Assembly: GCF_001949145.1 (NCBI RefSeq)
Contig: NW_019091355.1
Location: 3,330,646 to 3,394,645, forward strand
Origin: Acanthaster planci
Taxonomy: Eukaryota
DNA: 64,000 nt
Reading direction: 5' to 3'
The stretch's first letter is position 1. Each line of letters starts with the position of its first letter. The notes below the pieces were generated by a model, which did not search any database, was not told the origin of the DNA, and worked only from the letters and a program-made list of their open reading frames with translations. The translations under genes were made by a program, and so were the position numbers. Shown here one piece after another: positions 1 through 12,478 of the stretch.

Positions 1-722
1 AAATAGGTATCTCCATTCGGTGTCGAGATTGAAAAGGAAAAGAAATGTCTAAGTTGTGAAAAAGCAAAGACTTTTTTTTACTTGTGGCCCGCATTAATCA
101 TGTTTTATATTCACATCATGGCGAATATTAGACTGCAACATTTTTAATGATTTTTTAATGTTTTTGTTTTCAATAATGAAATCAAAAGACCGATATTTGC
201 CAAGGTAAAGCTGAAGCTACATGTAAACTGTCTCAGATTCACTGCCTATTCTGATATATTCTCGCAACAAAATCTAACGCATGACTACTCTGTTGCCTTC
301 GTTTTCGCTAAACTGTTTTCCAGAAGTTGATATTGTCAAGGTAAGGATGATTTTGAGAGCAGGTGCATAGCACCTGCACATGCATGTCTGGTAAAATTTT
401 GGCCCACGCCAAGTTTGTGTTTATGAGCTGAACAAATTTGGCCATCAGCCACAGCGTAATTGTTCCAGTTGGTGTCATTGGAAGTAGTTAGGTGCGTATG
501 GTGTATGCATGTTGTGATGGTGTTGGTGTTTGCCAGGTGCTTATCTTTCAGAGTTATGTGTGCCTTTCTGTGGTTTTTTTTACTTTTGGCGTTAAAGTTC
601 ATACGATAATTTGTTAATTTTTAATTTGTTCCAAATTTTGTTGGTGATGGGTTTTTTTAATGATTTGTTGACTCGGTTTAAGTTTGTTACAGGTTTGAAA
701 TATTCAATTATTTTTTATGCAG

Positions 723-3700
723 CCGTGTGATCCCCACTACCCTGATTACTCCATGACGCGTTCCATCTGTGAAGATGCGGGCATCAACATTTCTAACATC
801 CACTACAATTGGGAGGTTGCCATGCCGACGGATGCGGAGGGCTCCAGGGCACCCTTTGAGCGCGTCGTGGACTACACCCCATTCACCGCGCCCAACGAGA
901 AGGTCCTGGACAGCGTCTACTTCAGCCGGCGCTTCCACGTGCGCTGCATGGCACAGCCCTATGACCGGAGTGGCCGGCCCGGCGTGCCGCTGCGCAGCAA
1001 CATCGTGGAGATCGGCACAGACAATGGCATCTGCCACACCCCGGTCACGGCGGGCGTGGCACGCGGCATACAGGCCCAGTCCTTCATCGCCAACCTGCGC
1101 TACGTAGACCCGACAGACCTGGATCACCCCAACACCCTCCACGTCTCCGTGGAGATCCCCCACCAGGACGGCATGTTGCCGGCAATATCCACCGTCGCCA
1201 TCCACAACATCCGCCTCCTGCTGACGGAGCCCGTCTACCGCCAGCAGCACATTTGCTCCAACCTCATCAACAACCCCTCCTGGGGAGGCCTGACCGACTA
1301 CAGCTTCCTGACCCCCGTGGACCTGGACACCATGGTCATGGTCCCCGGCAACAACTACCCCTATCAGTTTGACCCCCAGCTGCGGGGCCAGAAGGCCCTC
1401 AACCTGTACCGCCACCTCAACCTCAAGAGCTGCACCTGGACCTTCGACGCCTACTATCACATGACCGAGCTGATCGATCTCTGCGGGGGTGCCGTCACCA
1501 CAGACTTCCAGGTCCGTGACACCGACGAGAGTTACCTGACAGTGACCGTACCCCTCTATGTCTCCTACATCTACGTCACAGCGCCCACTGGCTGGGGAGC
1601 CCTGGACCACAGGACAGAGATGGAGTTCTCATTCTTTTACAAGTGAGTGCTCCTTCTTCTTTATGCTTTACTGTTCAAAATCATTTCATGTACCGGTATT
1701 GTATAAAGAAGATGGAAATTTTGTCATTCTTGTGGTGAAGTGAGAATCTTTTGGGTCTTGAAATGGGTTCTCGAGCATTTGGTTTTGTTAGGTTGCGTAA
1801 GGCTTAGGGTTACAGGTTGACAAAGTTTGGTCACATATCTATCGGAATGTTTCCCAGTACTTCATCAATGGATTTATTCTTAGCCATATAATGGGACAAT
1901 AACTCCCCAAGGTACAGGTGATGACTCTTAATTGTTTCATTCTCCGAAATTTGATCTGAACATGATACGTTTCTCTACAAATTTCTAGGAGACATACAGT
2001 CAGCATCAAATCCTGGAGTTGATCTGGAGGGGTGGATTTAAGAGCGGGAAACAACTGCATCTCCTAAATTGTCTTTGGTTTGACTTTTGTCAGGACAATC
2101 TTGTGGAGGACAGGCCTGGAGACAGACAGCGTGCTGAGCGGCCGCCTGGAGGTGCTGAGGATCCGGATCGGGGACAGGGGGAATCTCATCATCGACTTCA
2201 AGACCACCACAAAGTTCAGAGGTCAGTCATCAAAGGCTTGTTTCTGGGGGGGAAGGGGAGATGCCAAGGGGGAATTGAGATGAGGGAGAAGAGTTTATCC
2301 ACTCTGGCCTGAATTCACACGGACCCATTTTGACGTGTTTCATCTCCCCTCAGGACTGTTTGTTATGGACCACCACACCCTGCCCGACTACATCTCCCGG
2401 GTCGTACCACCCCATGAATTAGGGGTGGGTTTTAACCTACAGCAGCTGTGGAGCGAGGGGACATTTGACAGTCCCCAGCAGCTATGGAGAGCCACAAGCA
2501 CATACAACTTGAAGGTGAGGGTTTGACATTTTCCTACCTCCAGAGAAGTTTCGTTTCCAGTCCTGGATAACAAAAATATATTGGGGTCGCGTCTCTAATA
2601 TCCACATGTTTGAAGTAGTTTGGCTGCTTGATATGGAACCAAGGAGTATATCTTGGTTTAAGTTAAAACTGATGCCAGAATAGAGGGTATGCACAAAAGG
2701 AGGTTTCCCTGTGGAACAAAAAAATGCCCTGCAAGATGGCTGCCATGCAAAGCCTCTATACACAGGTTAGCTTACCCCTGCACCCTACCATGTTTTATCG
2801 TGACAGGACTACTCTGGTGACTACGTGATTGAGCTTCTTCCGTGCACCGTCACCCCAACCCAGTCCTTCAACATCATGCCCAACATGCCCGTGGTGTGCA
2901 CGGCCCACCCGCCGGAGAAGTAAGTCTTCGTTGACCGCTTGCCCAAGTTAGACCCCACTGAAATGTGGCCCCGGACATCACTGAGCTAAGTCCTTGCTCA
3001 GCGCTTGGATGATACATTGTACCCACTCCTTCTTGAACCTCAGGGGGTTTTTTTTTGGGCAGGTGAGCTGATATTTGTTTTGGTTTTTTTTTTTCCCCCC
3101 TCGCCAGGTTTGTAGTTCCTATTGCCTTCCAGCAGACCAATCGCCCGGTTCCCGTGGTCTACTCCCTCAGCACAGAGTTCCACCTGATGAACAACGAGAA
3201 GGTTTTCCTGATGAATCCTAACGATGCTGCCATGAGCCTGCAAGAGATGGACTACAAAGGATCCTTTGCGAAAGGTAGAATTTCTTATTCAAAGTTGAAA
3301 TTCAACTGCTTTTACCCTCTTCCCTCAGGTTTGTAAAGCCGTAAATGTATGGACATTTGATTGCCAAATGCTGAGGTGCACCAAAAAACAATTGACCAAC
3401 CGGAGTCATGTGATCTTTGTCACTTGTTACAGGTTTGCACTTTGCATTTGCTGAGTTTGTTAACGTTTCATGAATTTCTCTGATTAGCAGTGTCGAGGAA
3501 AGAACAAGGACACGCAGTATCATTTCCATCAGTTTGAAAGATCTTATCGAAGTTTTATTTCTGGTTTATTGCTAATCTTCCTTGAACCAGTCAGGTAACC
3601 TTGGCAAGTTTATTGATGGAGTGGTTAAGACATCTGCACTAGTAAGCACAAGGTTGGGGGTTCGAGTCCAAGCCAAGTAAGCTTCATGTTGTTTCTCAAG

Positions 3701-5655
3701 CTGTCCGCCAACACTGAGTGCACACTGTTTGTAAATGCACACCCAGTATGAAACTAACTTTTTCTCTCCGTCTCAGGACAAAGAATCTTCGGCCGGGTGC
3801 TGTGGAACCCTGACCAGGACCTGGACCGAGCTTACAAGCTGCAGATTGAGAAGCTCTTCTTGTGCACGGGGGCGGACGGCTTCGTGCCCTACTACGACCC
3901 GGATGGTCAGATCTACAAGGAGGGTCCTCAGCTGGGCTGTATGCAGGAGAACCGAAAGCTGAAACACCGCTTCTTGATTCTGGTGAGACCTGGCATCAGT
4001 TCTGGTCTGGAAGTCTTGGCAACGTGCCCTCTGGCCTCTCTACTTCGAGAGCTGTAGTCGAATCCAGTTTATCACAAGTCCATCACTAGTCCGCCAGACT
4101 TAAGCCAAGTCACAAGCTTTTCAGATGGGCCCCGACTAAAGCATTCTTTTGTCACTGTTCACCCTACTATCTGTGACTGGTCTTGTGACCAGACTCGACT
4201 ACAGCCGTGCCTGATCTTGTAGAAATTGTAAGATCTCGAGGGGAAGTCTGAATCTCACATAAGGAGCACGAGTTCTGTCACCAGTGATTCGTCAGTGAGA
4301 GTCATGCTCAGTGAACTCCAAGTCAAGTTGAAGTTAGATTTCAAGTCCAAGTTGTCAGTGTTCAAACTTTTTTGTTTTTTGCTCAGTAATCCAAATGAAA
4401 ATCCCCTCAAAACTCAGAAGAAAGGCTCAGGACATTGTCAGGCCTGTCACATTATAAATTTATCTTCTCTGTTCTTCTAGGATCGTGGTGACACTGATGC
4501 TGTCACTTCAAATTTCAACGACGTGCCCTTCGATGCAAACTTTGCGAGTAACACCGAAAACTACAACGCCGTCAGTAACATGCCAGGCGTGGATGGATTC
4601 ATCATGAAGGTTGATCCGTTGTACAAGGTAGGCATAGTGCTCAAAGGCAAAAGGGGGGGTGTGTTTTATATCCTCGGTATCTGCAGCGCTCTTTAGCGAA
4701 GTTACAGCAAGCTAGTGATTGTGTTCATTAGTAGTGAGATGAAATCCAGTGGGCTCGTATCACGGGCAAGCCCATGTTTACGCTGTCATTGGCCTTTATG
4801 AAAAAATTGTGATGAAGAAAGATCTACATTCAGTTGATAAAGAGTTGGCAGCAGGTGCAATTGTCAGCCAGCATATTGGCTTATTGAAGGCAGAGAGTTA
4901 ATGCTGAGTAAATTGTTAAATTGTCTGTAGTGCATCATTACTGTATAGACACATTAGTCCAAGTCCCCATGTCTTGACAATTTCCTGTTTCTTCAGATCT
5001 CTAAATGTAAAGCTTCTGTCTTTTATTTTGAATGTTGATTTCTGGACACGGTTTTCATCCACCCTAGGTCCAATCCGGTCACCAGTGGTACATGCAGGTA
5101 ATCTACACCATCGGGCCATCTGACTCCCTGCCACGGTTCCGTCGTTCCCTGCTGGCGTCCGTGCCCAACCCACTCAACCCCAACGGCCACAAGCCCAGCT
5201 CCCACCACAATGGCACCAACATCAAATCCCTGCTGCTGGAGGAGGGCGACTTCGAGGGAGGCGTGGCGGGCAGCGCGACGGGCACGGTGGTGCCGGCTGT
5301 GGTGGGCCTGCTGGTGTTCCTGGCACTCCTGTCGGTGGCTATTCTTCTTGTCGCCAGACGACTCCGGAGCAGGCGAGCAGCTTCGGAGAACCGGCGGCAT
5401 CGGAAGCGGCGGGCGGCGGGCAAGCCAGCCCCCAAAGTGGCCAACCGGGACTCCGCGTCAACCAAGTCACTTCCCAACAACAAGTCGCCGCCCAAGCTCC
5501 AGGAGATCGAGATGGACATGCAGAAAATGGTCAAAGTTAGCACTCTAAATCTGCACAAACCAGAGAACTTAAACACGCCGGCCGTCAAGGTCAAAAAGGT
5601 TAACCTACAGGTCAAGTTATCCAACGCCGGCATCGAGGGCGGCACAGAAGTTTGA
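723..5655 (+). CDS. FRAS1: FRAS1 extracellular matrix organizing protein, 3' partial (C-terminal ~809 aa, transmembrane helix and cytoplasmic tail)
   Basis: Eight GT-AG exons join in frame: 723-1642, 2094-2221, 2354-2514, 2807-2919, 3108-3274, 3777-3982, 4481-4627, 5068-5655 (2430 nt, stop TGA). Peptides PCDPHYPDY, VLDSVYFSRRFHVRC, HPNTLHVSVEIPHQDGMLP, LYVSYIYVTAPTGW, FQQTNRPVPVVYSL and GHQWYMQVIYTIGP match the FRAS1 C-terminal region. TM segment VVPAVVGLLVFLALLSVAILLV; ends GTEV as recalled for vertebrate FRAS1. Upstream exons lie outside the window. Confidence 0.95.
3612..3752 (+). mobile_element. tRNA-derived SINE remnant in a FRAS1 intron
   Basis: A-box-like TGGAGTGGTTAAG and B-box GGTTCGAGTCC, followed by a non-tRNA body. 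Confidence 0.55.
4051..4205. mobile_element. MITE-like inverted-repeat element in a FRAS1 intron
   Basis: GCTGTAGTCGA at 4051 and TCGACTACAGC ending at 4205, with degenerate inverted similarity extending ~35 bp inward (TCACAAG / CTTGTGA). Confidence 0.55.
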
Positions 5656-8600
5656 TGGTTTGTTCCGGCCCTGTACATTTTTAGTTGTCAATTGTTTTGT
5701 TTGCATTATTTAAATACCAAAATATGAAACAAGGGTGCTTTAAATGTTATTTTTTTTATATCGGTACATTTTTTATTGTGTCGTCAACTCAAGAAAAGCG
5801 TTTTGACTTTTTTTTTTAAAGAACATATGCCACAGGAGTTTAAAGAGAGAGAGCCAAGGTGGCATTTTCTACCTCTAAGTTGTTTTCGTTGTGGTTACAC
5901 TATCCCAAGCCTATGCTATTAAATGTATTTCTACAGATTGTAAGTAGCTGCCTATTTATGTGTATTGAGCTTAAAGCGTATCAGCAGTCAACTTTTTTTC
6001 ACACTGTTGCTGTTTTTTGCCACTGTTTGTAAAAATTGAAAAAAAAAAAAGAAAGAAAGAAAATGGTCTTCCTCGCTTTGTTGGAGAATGTAGACAGCTT
6101 TAATGCTATTCAACTAATTTAAATGACATCATGCCTAAAAATCAATTAGTATGCCTAAAAATCAATTAGTAAGATAAAAATTGAATTGCAGTATTGTAGT
6201 ACATGAATATAAACATGACACGAAACTTTTAGTGATATGAACGCTGTATGTTACACTCGTACATCTTATTTATACTTTGACTTTTTTTTAGATTAAGTGA
6301 GGTTTGATTGTGTTATTTTTGTCCTAGCATCGACTTGAATTGACAAATGATTTGAGTTACTGCTTGGAAGGAACTTATTGGGGGTGGTTACTAAAATGCC
6401 TGCCATGTGTGGTTTATTGTTTACGAATGCCTCATGGCGTGGTGCACATAGATGTCCATTTCAAAATAAGGAAGACAGGAAAAATGAGACAAAAGGAGCT
6501 CGGAGCAAATGCTGGGCTGTCCAGAGAATGGGATCTCCGATTTGAAACTGATCCTGCTGGAAATAAGGCTGCTTGCTACTGCCTGGATTACAGTGGTGAA
6601 GAAATATCGCTGAGTGGATGACCCCTCCGATCAAGCACCAGCGGAGAGCCAGTCGCAGGTGGTGTGCATGTTACATATCAGTTTGGTTGGTAACCCACTG
6701 CTGTTCAGCAAATGTTCTTCAGCAAATGTTCTTCAGCACTCAGCCAGTCTCTGTATTAAGCAGTTTTTTTATATTGTAGGTGTGCAGACAATTTGCCCTT
6801 TTTTCATGTCACCAAACCTTTTCATGCGTGAATTTGTTTTCCATAGTTACAGTGAGGGAAATAGACGTTTCTTACAATTTCCTCAGAGCCTGATTACCCT
6901 CCTCAAAATGTATTGGCTGCACCCCCTTGCATTTTCTGTCTAGACCTACATCTGGTTTCAGCACGTCAAAAGCTTTGGTTTGAAAATGGTATCCTGTTGG
7001 GATACCCCACAGTTTTGGACAGGCCAAGTTTGAGGGTCTGAAACCGTGATCCAGCTTTCCTTATTGGCAATCATGCTGACAGATTTTTTTTTTTTTAACA
7101 GTGACAAAATATTTTCTTCTTTTTTTATATTGTACATGTTAGCTTAATGGTGCTCTGTGAGGAAGTGAGAAAGAGAAATGTTTGTACAGTTAGCGTTTTT
7201 TACTTTCTGCTGTATTTTCTTCTTTCCTTTGTTTAATAGTTAAGAAAAAAACTGTGAAATCCACAAATTCAGGGAGACTAGTATTATAACTGCCAATGCT
7301 GCAAGGAAGAGGGAAAGTAGTTTTAACAGCCTGAGTGTGAAAAATATAAAAAGGCGTTGTACCTGCCTCGACAAAGCAATCGGTTAATAGCTGAAAAAAT
7401 AAGTGCCTGGGAGCATTTTCATTTTTCACTTCCATTCTCCACACTGCTCTTTCACAGCCATCAGACACGTCTCTGGTTACACTCAGGAAATCGATAGCTT
7501 TCTCTTTCTGTTTCATGATTCTTTGTAGACTGGATTTAGGTCTGTTTGCTGGTTCTTTAAAAAAAAAAATCGATTTTTGAGGATGTTTTGTTTTCTGAGC
7601 TAGGATATTACGTTTACGTAGTCACTGATGACTGATGTACTAGGTCATCGTTCGTGTTTCATGATGTTTAGCATTACATACACAATGTTTACAAAATCTG
7701 ATGTCTAAAATAAAACCTGCCTCATTTTGTATTCAACCCCACATTTTTTTATCCTCCTCGTTTTGAGAACAGATCCTCTGCAATTATGATAGACTTGCAG
7801 AAATTATTGTACATTGCAATATAGTGTTACCAAGCAATTACTGTCGACTAAATTGTTTTAACCAGCATACTTGTGCCTTTGACATATTTGTATGCGCTGT
7901 AAATGTAAATGCATCTCACTGCCAGATGCAGTCTCTCTTCTGTGTTTTTCCAGAGGTCAGTTTTAAAAACATTTAAACATTTTCTTTAATGTGATTAATT
8001 ATGTGTCAGTTCTCAAACTGACGCCAAATAAACCTTTCTGCCTTGTTGCAATTTTACACAAAGGACCACTGGTGGAACAGGTAGAATTTGTAAGAATTGT
8101 AAAATTGGGCAATGTGACTTTTCTTTTTATATTTCCTAGTGTGTACAATTGTCTCACTTTTGAATAGTATGGTGCTATATTTGTTTTTATTACCACTGAA
8201 GTGCCTGAAAATCGCAGTTCTTGTGATAATCGGGTATTTGTTTCGTCAATAGGTTATGTAGAGGCTTCCACACTTTTCTGGCCCAGCCACAGAGGAGGGA
8301 AAAAATGAAATTTGAAGTTGAAATTACGTTTCCTTGAAAAGATGTGGAAGTTTACGTAGGCTGTATACATTTATATTTGTCAAGGTAGAAATGGAATGCC
8401 TTGTCCTGGAATGTGGAGCTGAAAACTAGAACTTTTTTAGAAGCGGAAACCGATGGTAGATTGTTACATAGTACATGTGCCGCCATAGTTTGAGAGTTGA
8501 TTCAATGGCCTAATTGTGTCCTCAGTATACCTTCTGGGAAAGAATACAAGGTCGATGCACAGCAGTCAAGGTACTAGACTCTTTCCATTGATTAAAGATT

Positions 8601-9630
8601 TCTCAACCGTTTGGGTACGAGGACCCATTTACAATGATTAGCAGCAACAGAAATGGATATGACCCTTGGCATGGAAGTTGCACACAACGCAGAACTCCAC
8701 TCAGTACGAAACGTACTGACTCTCCACAATACTAGGAGCACAAGAATCAAAGGTAACAGGAGGACCTGCTCAACCATGCCAGCCAGTCTATGATGTCATA
8801 CCTAACAAGACCACTGATTGGCCAGAATGCAATGCCTTGGTATGGTTCCTTATAGCTTGGCTTGTTTGCTGTCTGCGTACACAGTCCAACAGGAAACCAC
8901 TGTTTCATACTTGTTTGAGGTTTACAGGCCTCCGTTACCTGTTGACTTTGTAACTGGGCCCTCAAGTTGACAGATGCAATGGACCTCCAAATACCATGAC
9001 ACTTCAGTACACACTGACACCACGTGAACGTTCTTGGTGTAAAGGTGTGATGCAGCCCGGATTATTATAGCCACTGGATTGATAAAAAAACCTGAGCACA
9101 TGTAATTATTTTGCAGGACATAATTTACTTTCTGCACAGGAATTCGCATGTGAAACAACATGGACTCCATCAGGAGCAGTTGGAAGACCTGCATGACACA
9201 CCTTTGGGAGAGTGGCTGAGGGTTTTTTTTTTTCTTAGTTTGTTTTATATATGGAAACATTAGAGCTCTAGATCCAATCCAGCTGTTGGCTACATTGACA
9301 CAAGTTTTGGATGTCAGTCTTGTAAGATGGTTGTCACACTTCGTTTTCATTTGATGCTTTTGACGAAGGCATGCTACTTGTAATCAGCTTGTACATCTTG
9401 ACTTGGTTTCAGTTGTACTGTGTATTTACTGGGTTTGGGAATACCTTGGCTTTTTTTAGGTGGGGCAAAGCTTTTTAGCACTGAAATGTTATATTTACTT
9501 ATTGTTGTCTCGATAGTATTTTGTCTTCCACACATTTTAAGTGGAATTATTTCTATTTAATTTTGGGCAGTCTAGATGCCTGAAGGAGTAATTATTTGAT
9601 TCTGAAGAAATAAAGAGGTACCAAACGGGA
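5656..9630 (+). other. Probable long FRAS1 3' UTR
   Basis: AT/T-rich non-coding sequence after the stop. AATAAA at 7709-7714 and 9609-9614; repeats begin right after 9680. The true 3' end is inferred. Confidence 0.45.
6131..6170. repeat. Perfect 20-bp tandem duplication
   Basis: ATGCCTAAAAATCAATTAGT x2. Confidence 0.9.
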
Positions 9631-9680
9631 ATGGATGTCATGCGTCTGGGCGGAGTCTATGAAGTAATCTGAGATAAGTT

Positions 9681-9775
9681 AACCAACATAGGGCTGGATA
9701 ATTCAGCTGGTAAAGCACCGGTATGGTATTCTGGAGGCCACAGGTTCAAATCCAGCTCGTCAACTTCTTTCTTCC
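9681..9775 (+). mobile_element. tRNA-like SINE family A, copy 1
   Basis: GGGCTGGATAATTCAGCTGGTAAAGC...GGTTCAAATCC (A and B boxes); homologous to 9946-10062 and 16686-16808. Confidence 0.75.
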
Positions 9776-9945
9776 GTTTTGCAATTATTTGTATTAGAAC
9801 CTAGTCAGCTTCCGTATATAATTTGTTTCATGATTTGTGTTCAAAAAGCTGTATCCTGTCCGAGTGATCCCTGTTCACCATTTCCCTGCTAGTACATTGC
9901 TATCAGGTTTATTGGCTTCTGGCTAGTGCCCCCCAAAAAAAGATA

Positions 9946-10062
9946 TTGGCAAATGGGAACAGCAACCAATGTAGGGCTGGATAGCTCAGTTGGTAGAGCG
10001 CAAGTATGGTATTTCAGAGGCTGCGGGTTTGATTCCCGCCAATTTCTTTGTTCATCTTTATA
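9946..10062 (+). mobile_element. tRNA-like SINE family A, copy 2
   Basis: GGGCTGGATAGCTCAGTTGGTAGAGCG...GGTTTGATTCCC, then shared tail AATTTCTTTGTTCATCTTTAT. The acceptor stem does not close, so it is not a functional tRNA. Confidence 0.75.
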
Positions 10063-10139
10063 ATGAGATAAGAATTTGACATTGATTACCTTTTGGGTTG
10101 CAATTGGTCAAAATTTTCTTCATTTTATCTCAGAATAAT

Positions 10140-10450
10140 TTTGTGCAAATTCTAATTTGTCATTTTTCGGTTCAAAATTCAATAAAACAGCAGGGGGTTA
10201 GTCTTGTGTTTTAATTAAAATTTCCCCAAAGCATTCGCAAATTTGTTACCTTAGAGCAGCAAGGTCGTATCTAGTGTAAAAAAAAAAATTAGAGTTATGA
10301 CCTTGTCGCAATGACACGATGGTTTTTAATTTTGTAGACTTTTTTTCCTTTGAGCTCAGAAGAACATTTTACACAGTTTCAAGCTCATTCATACCTTGCC
10401 ATTTTTCGGCTCAAAATTTTAAAAAATGGCAAGTTATCAACGATAAAACT
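10140..10450 (+). repeat. AT-rich interspersed repeat, left part (same family and orientation as 21356-21820)
   Basis: CATTTTTCGG(T/C)TCAAAATT motifs at ~10161 and ~10400. The block TTCAATAAAAC...GGGGTTA...TTTTAATTAAAATTT is also present at 21529-21612 and 21743-21810. Confidence 0.65.
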
Positions 10451-11594
10451 CATTACTCTCTGAAAACGCGCGAGGGCGCCCTTCGGCTACGCAAAACTCG
10501 CGAGTGCACTGCAAACAACACGTGGGTGCGGTGCACCGCGGCGTCTGAGCGCGCGCATGGCCTGCATGGTGTCGCTGTAATCCGTTTATTTTCGCGACTT
10601 TGTGTATCATCAAGATAACGCGTAAGAAATTAGTCTCTGGGGAATCGGTTTAATACACGCCTATGTCATTACAGTAAGTACAATGTATTTTGCTTTTATT
10701 ATTCTACACTCATGCTTATTTACAGGAATAAAGTGCATAACCATAGTACTGTATCGTGTGTCCTTGAGAAAGGAAAAGAACATGTTGAGACAAATCCTAC
10801 GACTCGGAGTAGGCTAGGATCAACACTAGGCATGCCTACAGTGCACGTACATGGCCCATTTCTTTGAAAATGACATGAGTAACTTTAGCTTAGTAGGCCT
10901 ATATGCACACTTAGATTTTGCACACATCTTACAAATTGTTTATCCTCCCAAGCATGGGTGTGATGATGTGCTCACGTGCAGCTGTAATACAGCTCACATA
11001 CATGTACAAAGTGCTACTTGACACGTGCATGAAATGCCTGGCCTTGTAATTTGGGAAGGCCAGGCACTTGGATGCATCATTCATTATCTCAAATGAGAAG
11101 GCAAAATCCCAGTCTTTCTTGCTCGACTGACAAACTTTGACATATGTATTTCCAGAATTCTAACATTGCATTTAGGCCTACACTATATATTAACACATAC
11201 TGTGTAGTCCTATACTGATGTGTGCAGCTAATACGCAACGCCCTTGGCTGGTTCCCTGTCCAGTCACACACTGCTTGCAGCAAATCATTGGTTGCGCGAC
11301 TCGCACTCTGTGACGTGACACGAAAGTGACGAAACAGCTGTCAGTTTTGTGCAATCGGGGCAAAATACATCCAGAGTGGGAAAACGGCAGCAAAATCGCA
11401 ACATTTTTTCCTCCAAATGAGGTGTTTGTGCTTATTCTGCTAGCCAGAATAATTAAAACTGATTTCTCTGCAGAGACCACAGCAGTCAGGTTTCACTCCC
11501 AGCTGCTCCACATCTGATACAATTCGTGCATTACGTCTACTCACTGAAATCCATCACGAGTAACGCCCGCTTAATGTCGCCTATGTAGACACCA

Positions 11595-12478
11595 AAGCAA
11601 GGTCAGGATAGGCAATGACTTATCCCCCTCCTTCTCAACTTCCTCAGAAGTCCAGTGTGAGGCATCACTGCGAATCGATGTAGACAACCATAGGTTTAAC
11701 GACCTCCTACATGCTGATGACGCTGCGCTGTTGATGACCCAGATAGATGAGGGGAATATCTTGCAACCTTTGAACGGGAAGCTAGTTACATCGGCCTTAA
11801 ACCCTTTTGGGCTAAGACCAAGGTTCAATCCCTCGTTGGATCTTCATCTGCCCCGGTTTCCCTTGGCCCCGATGTCGTAGATCCTGATTCTGCTACCTCG
11901 GAAGCACTATCACCACCTCAGGTCTATGCAGTACTGATGTCCTATGCAGAATTGGCCTCACCAGCAATATCATGGGCCAATTAGACCATCTTTGGAGAAG
12001 CAAGGCCAGCCTCCCTGTTAAGCTAAGGTTTTATCGAGCTTCTGTGCTTTTTGCCCTCCTCTATGGGGCTGAAACCTGGACACTGAGAAAAAGAGATCAA
12101 CAGCGTCTCCTGGCTTTCCATATGCAGTGCCAGCATCGCACACTAGGCGTCCGGTGCCATTATCTCTCAGCGCACATGGCTCGGTAACATCGTTTCGGAG
12201 GTTGCAGGGAGGCAACAAACTTTGTTTGGTCGCGTCCAGCACCTCAAAGCCTTGGCTCCTGCTCATCTTGCCCTCAATGCAGCTATCCAATTCCATCTTG
12301 ATCAGCGACCTGTCACCTGGAGGAGGCCCCGCGGCCGTTCCCATCTCACTTGTCTTGAGCAGGTTGCCGACGCTGTGCAGCTGTCTCCAAATGAGTGCTG
12401 GTCCCTTGCTCTTGACAGAGGTGTCTGGAGGTCACTTCAACCCTTTTGATGGTCGTGTAGAATGATGATGATAATGAA
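11595..12478 (+). mobile_element. 5'-truncated, decayed RTE-clade LINE (RT C-terminus and 3' tail)
   Basis: Frameshifted remnants KVRIGNDLSPSFSTSSEV, DLLHADDAAL (YADD box), KLRFYRASVLFALLYGAETWTL, RLLAFHMQCQHRTLGV, WRRPRGR...ALDRGVWRSL. Ends in an (ATG)n microsatellite tail typical of RTE elements. Confidence 0.88.

Noticed and set aside
708..1610. 300-aa minus-strand ORF, and similar antisense ORFs at 5103-5678
   Set aside because: Antisense shadows of GC3-rich FRAS1 exons; no recognisable domain.
5869..7880. let-7 (CTACCTC), miR-8/200 (CAGTATT) and miR-124 (GTGCCTT) seed matches in the FRAS1 UTR
   Set aside because: Single 7-mers in a multi-kb UTR are expected by chance without conservation data.
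9691..10045. Two tRNA genes
   Set aside because: Acceptor and anticodon stems do not close and the copies share a non-tRNA tail; treated as SINE-like repeats.
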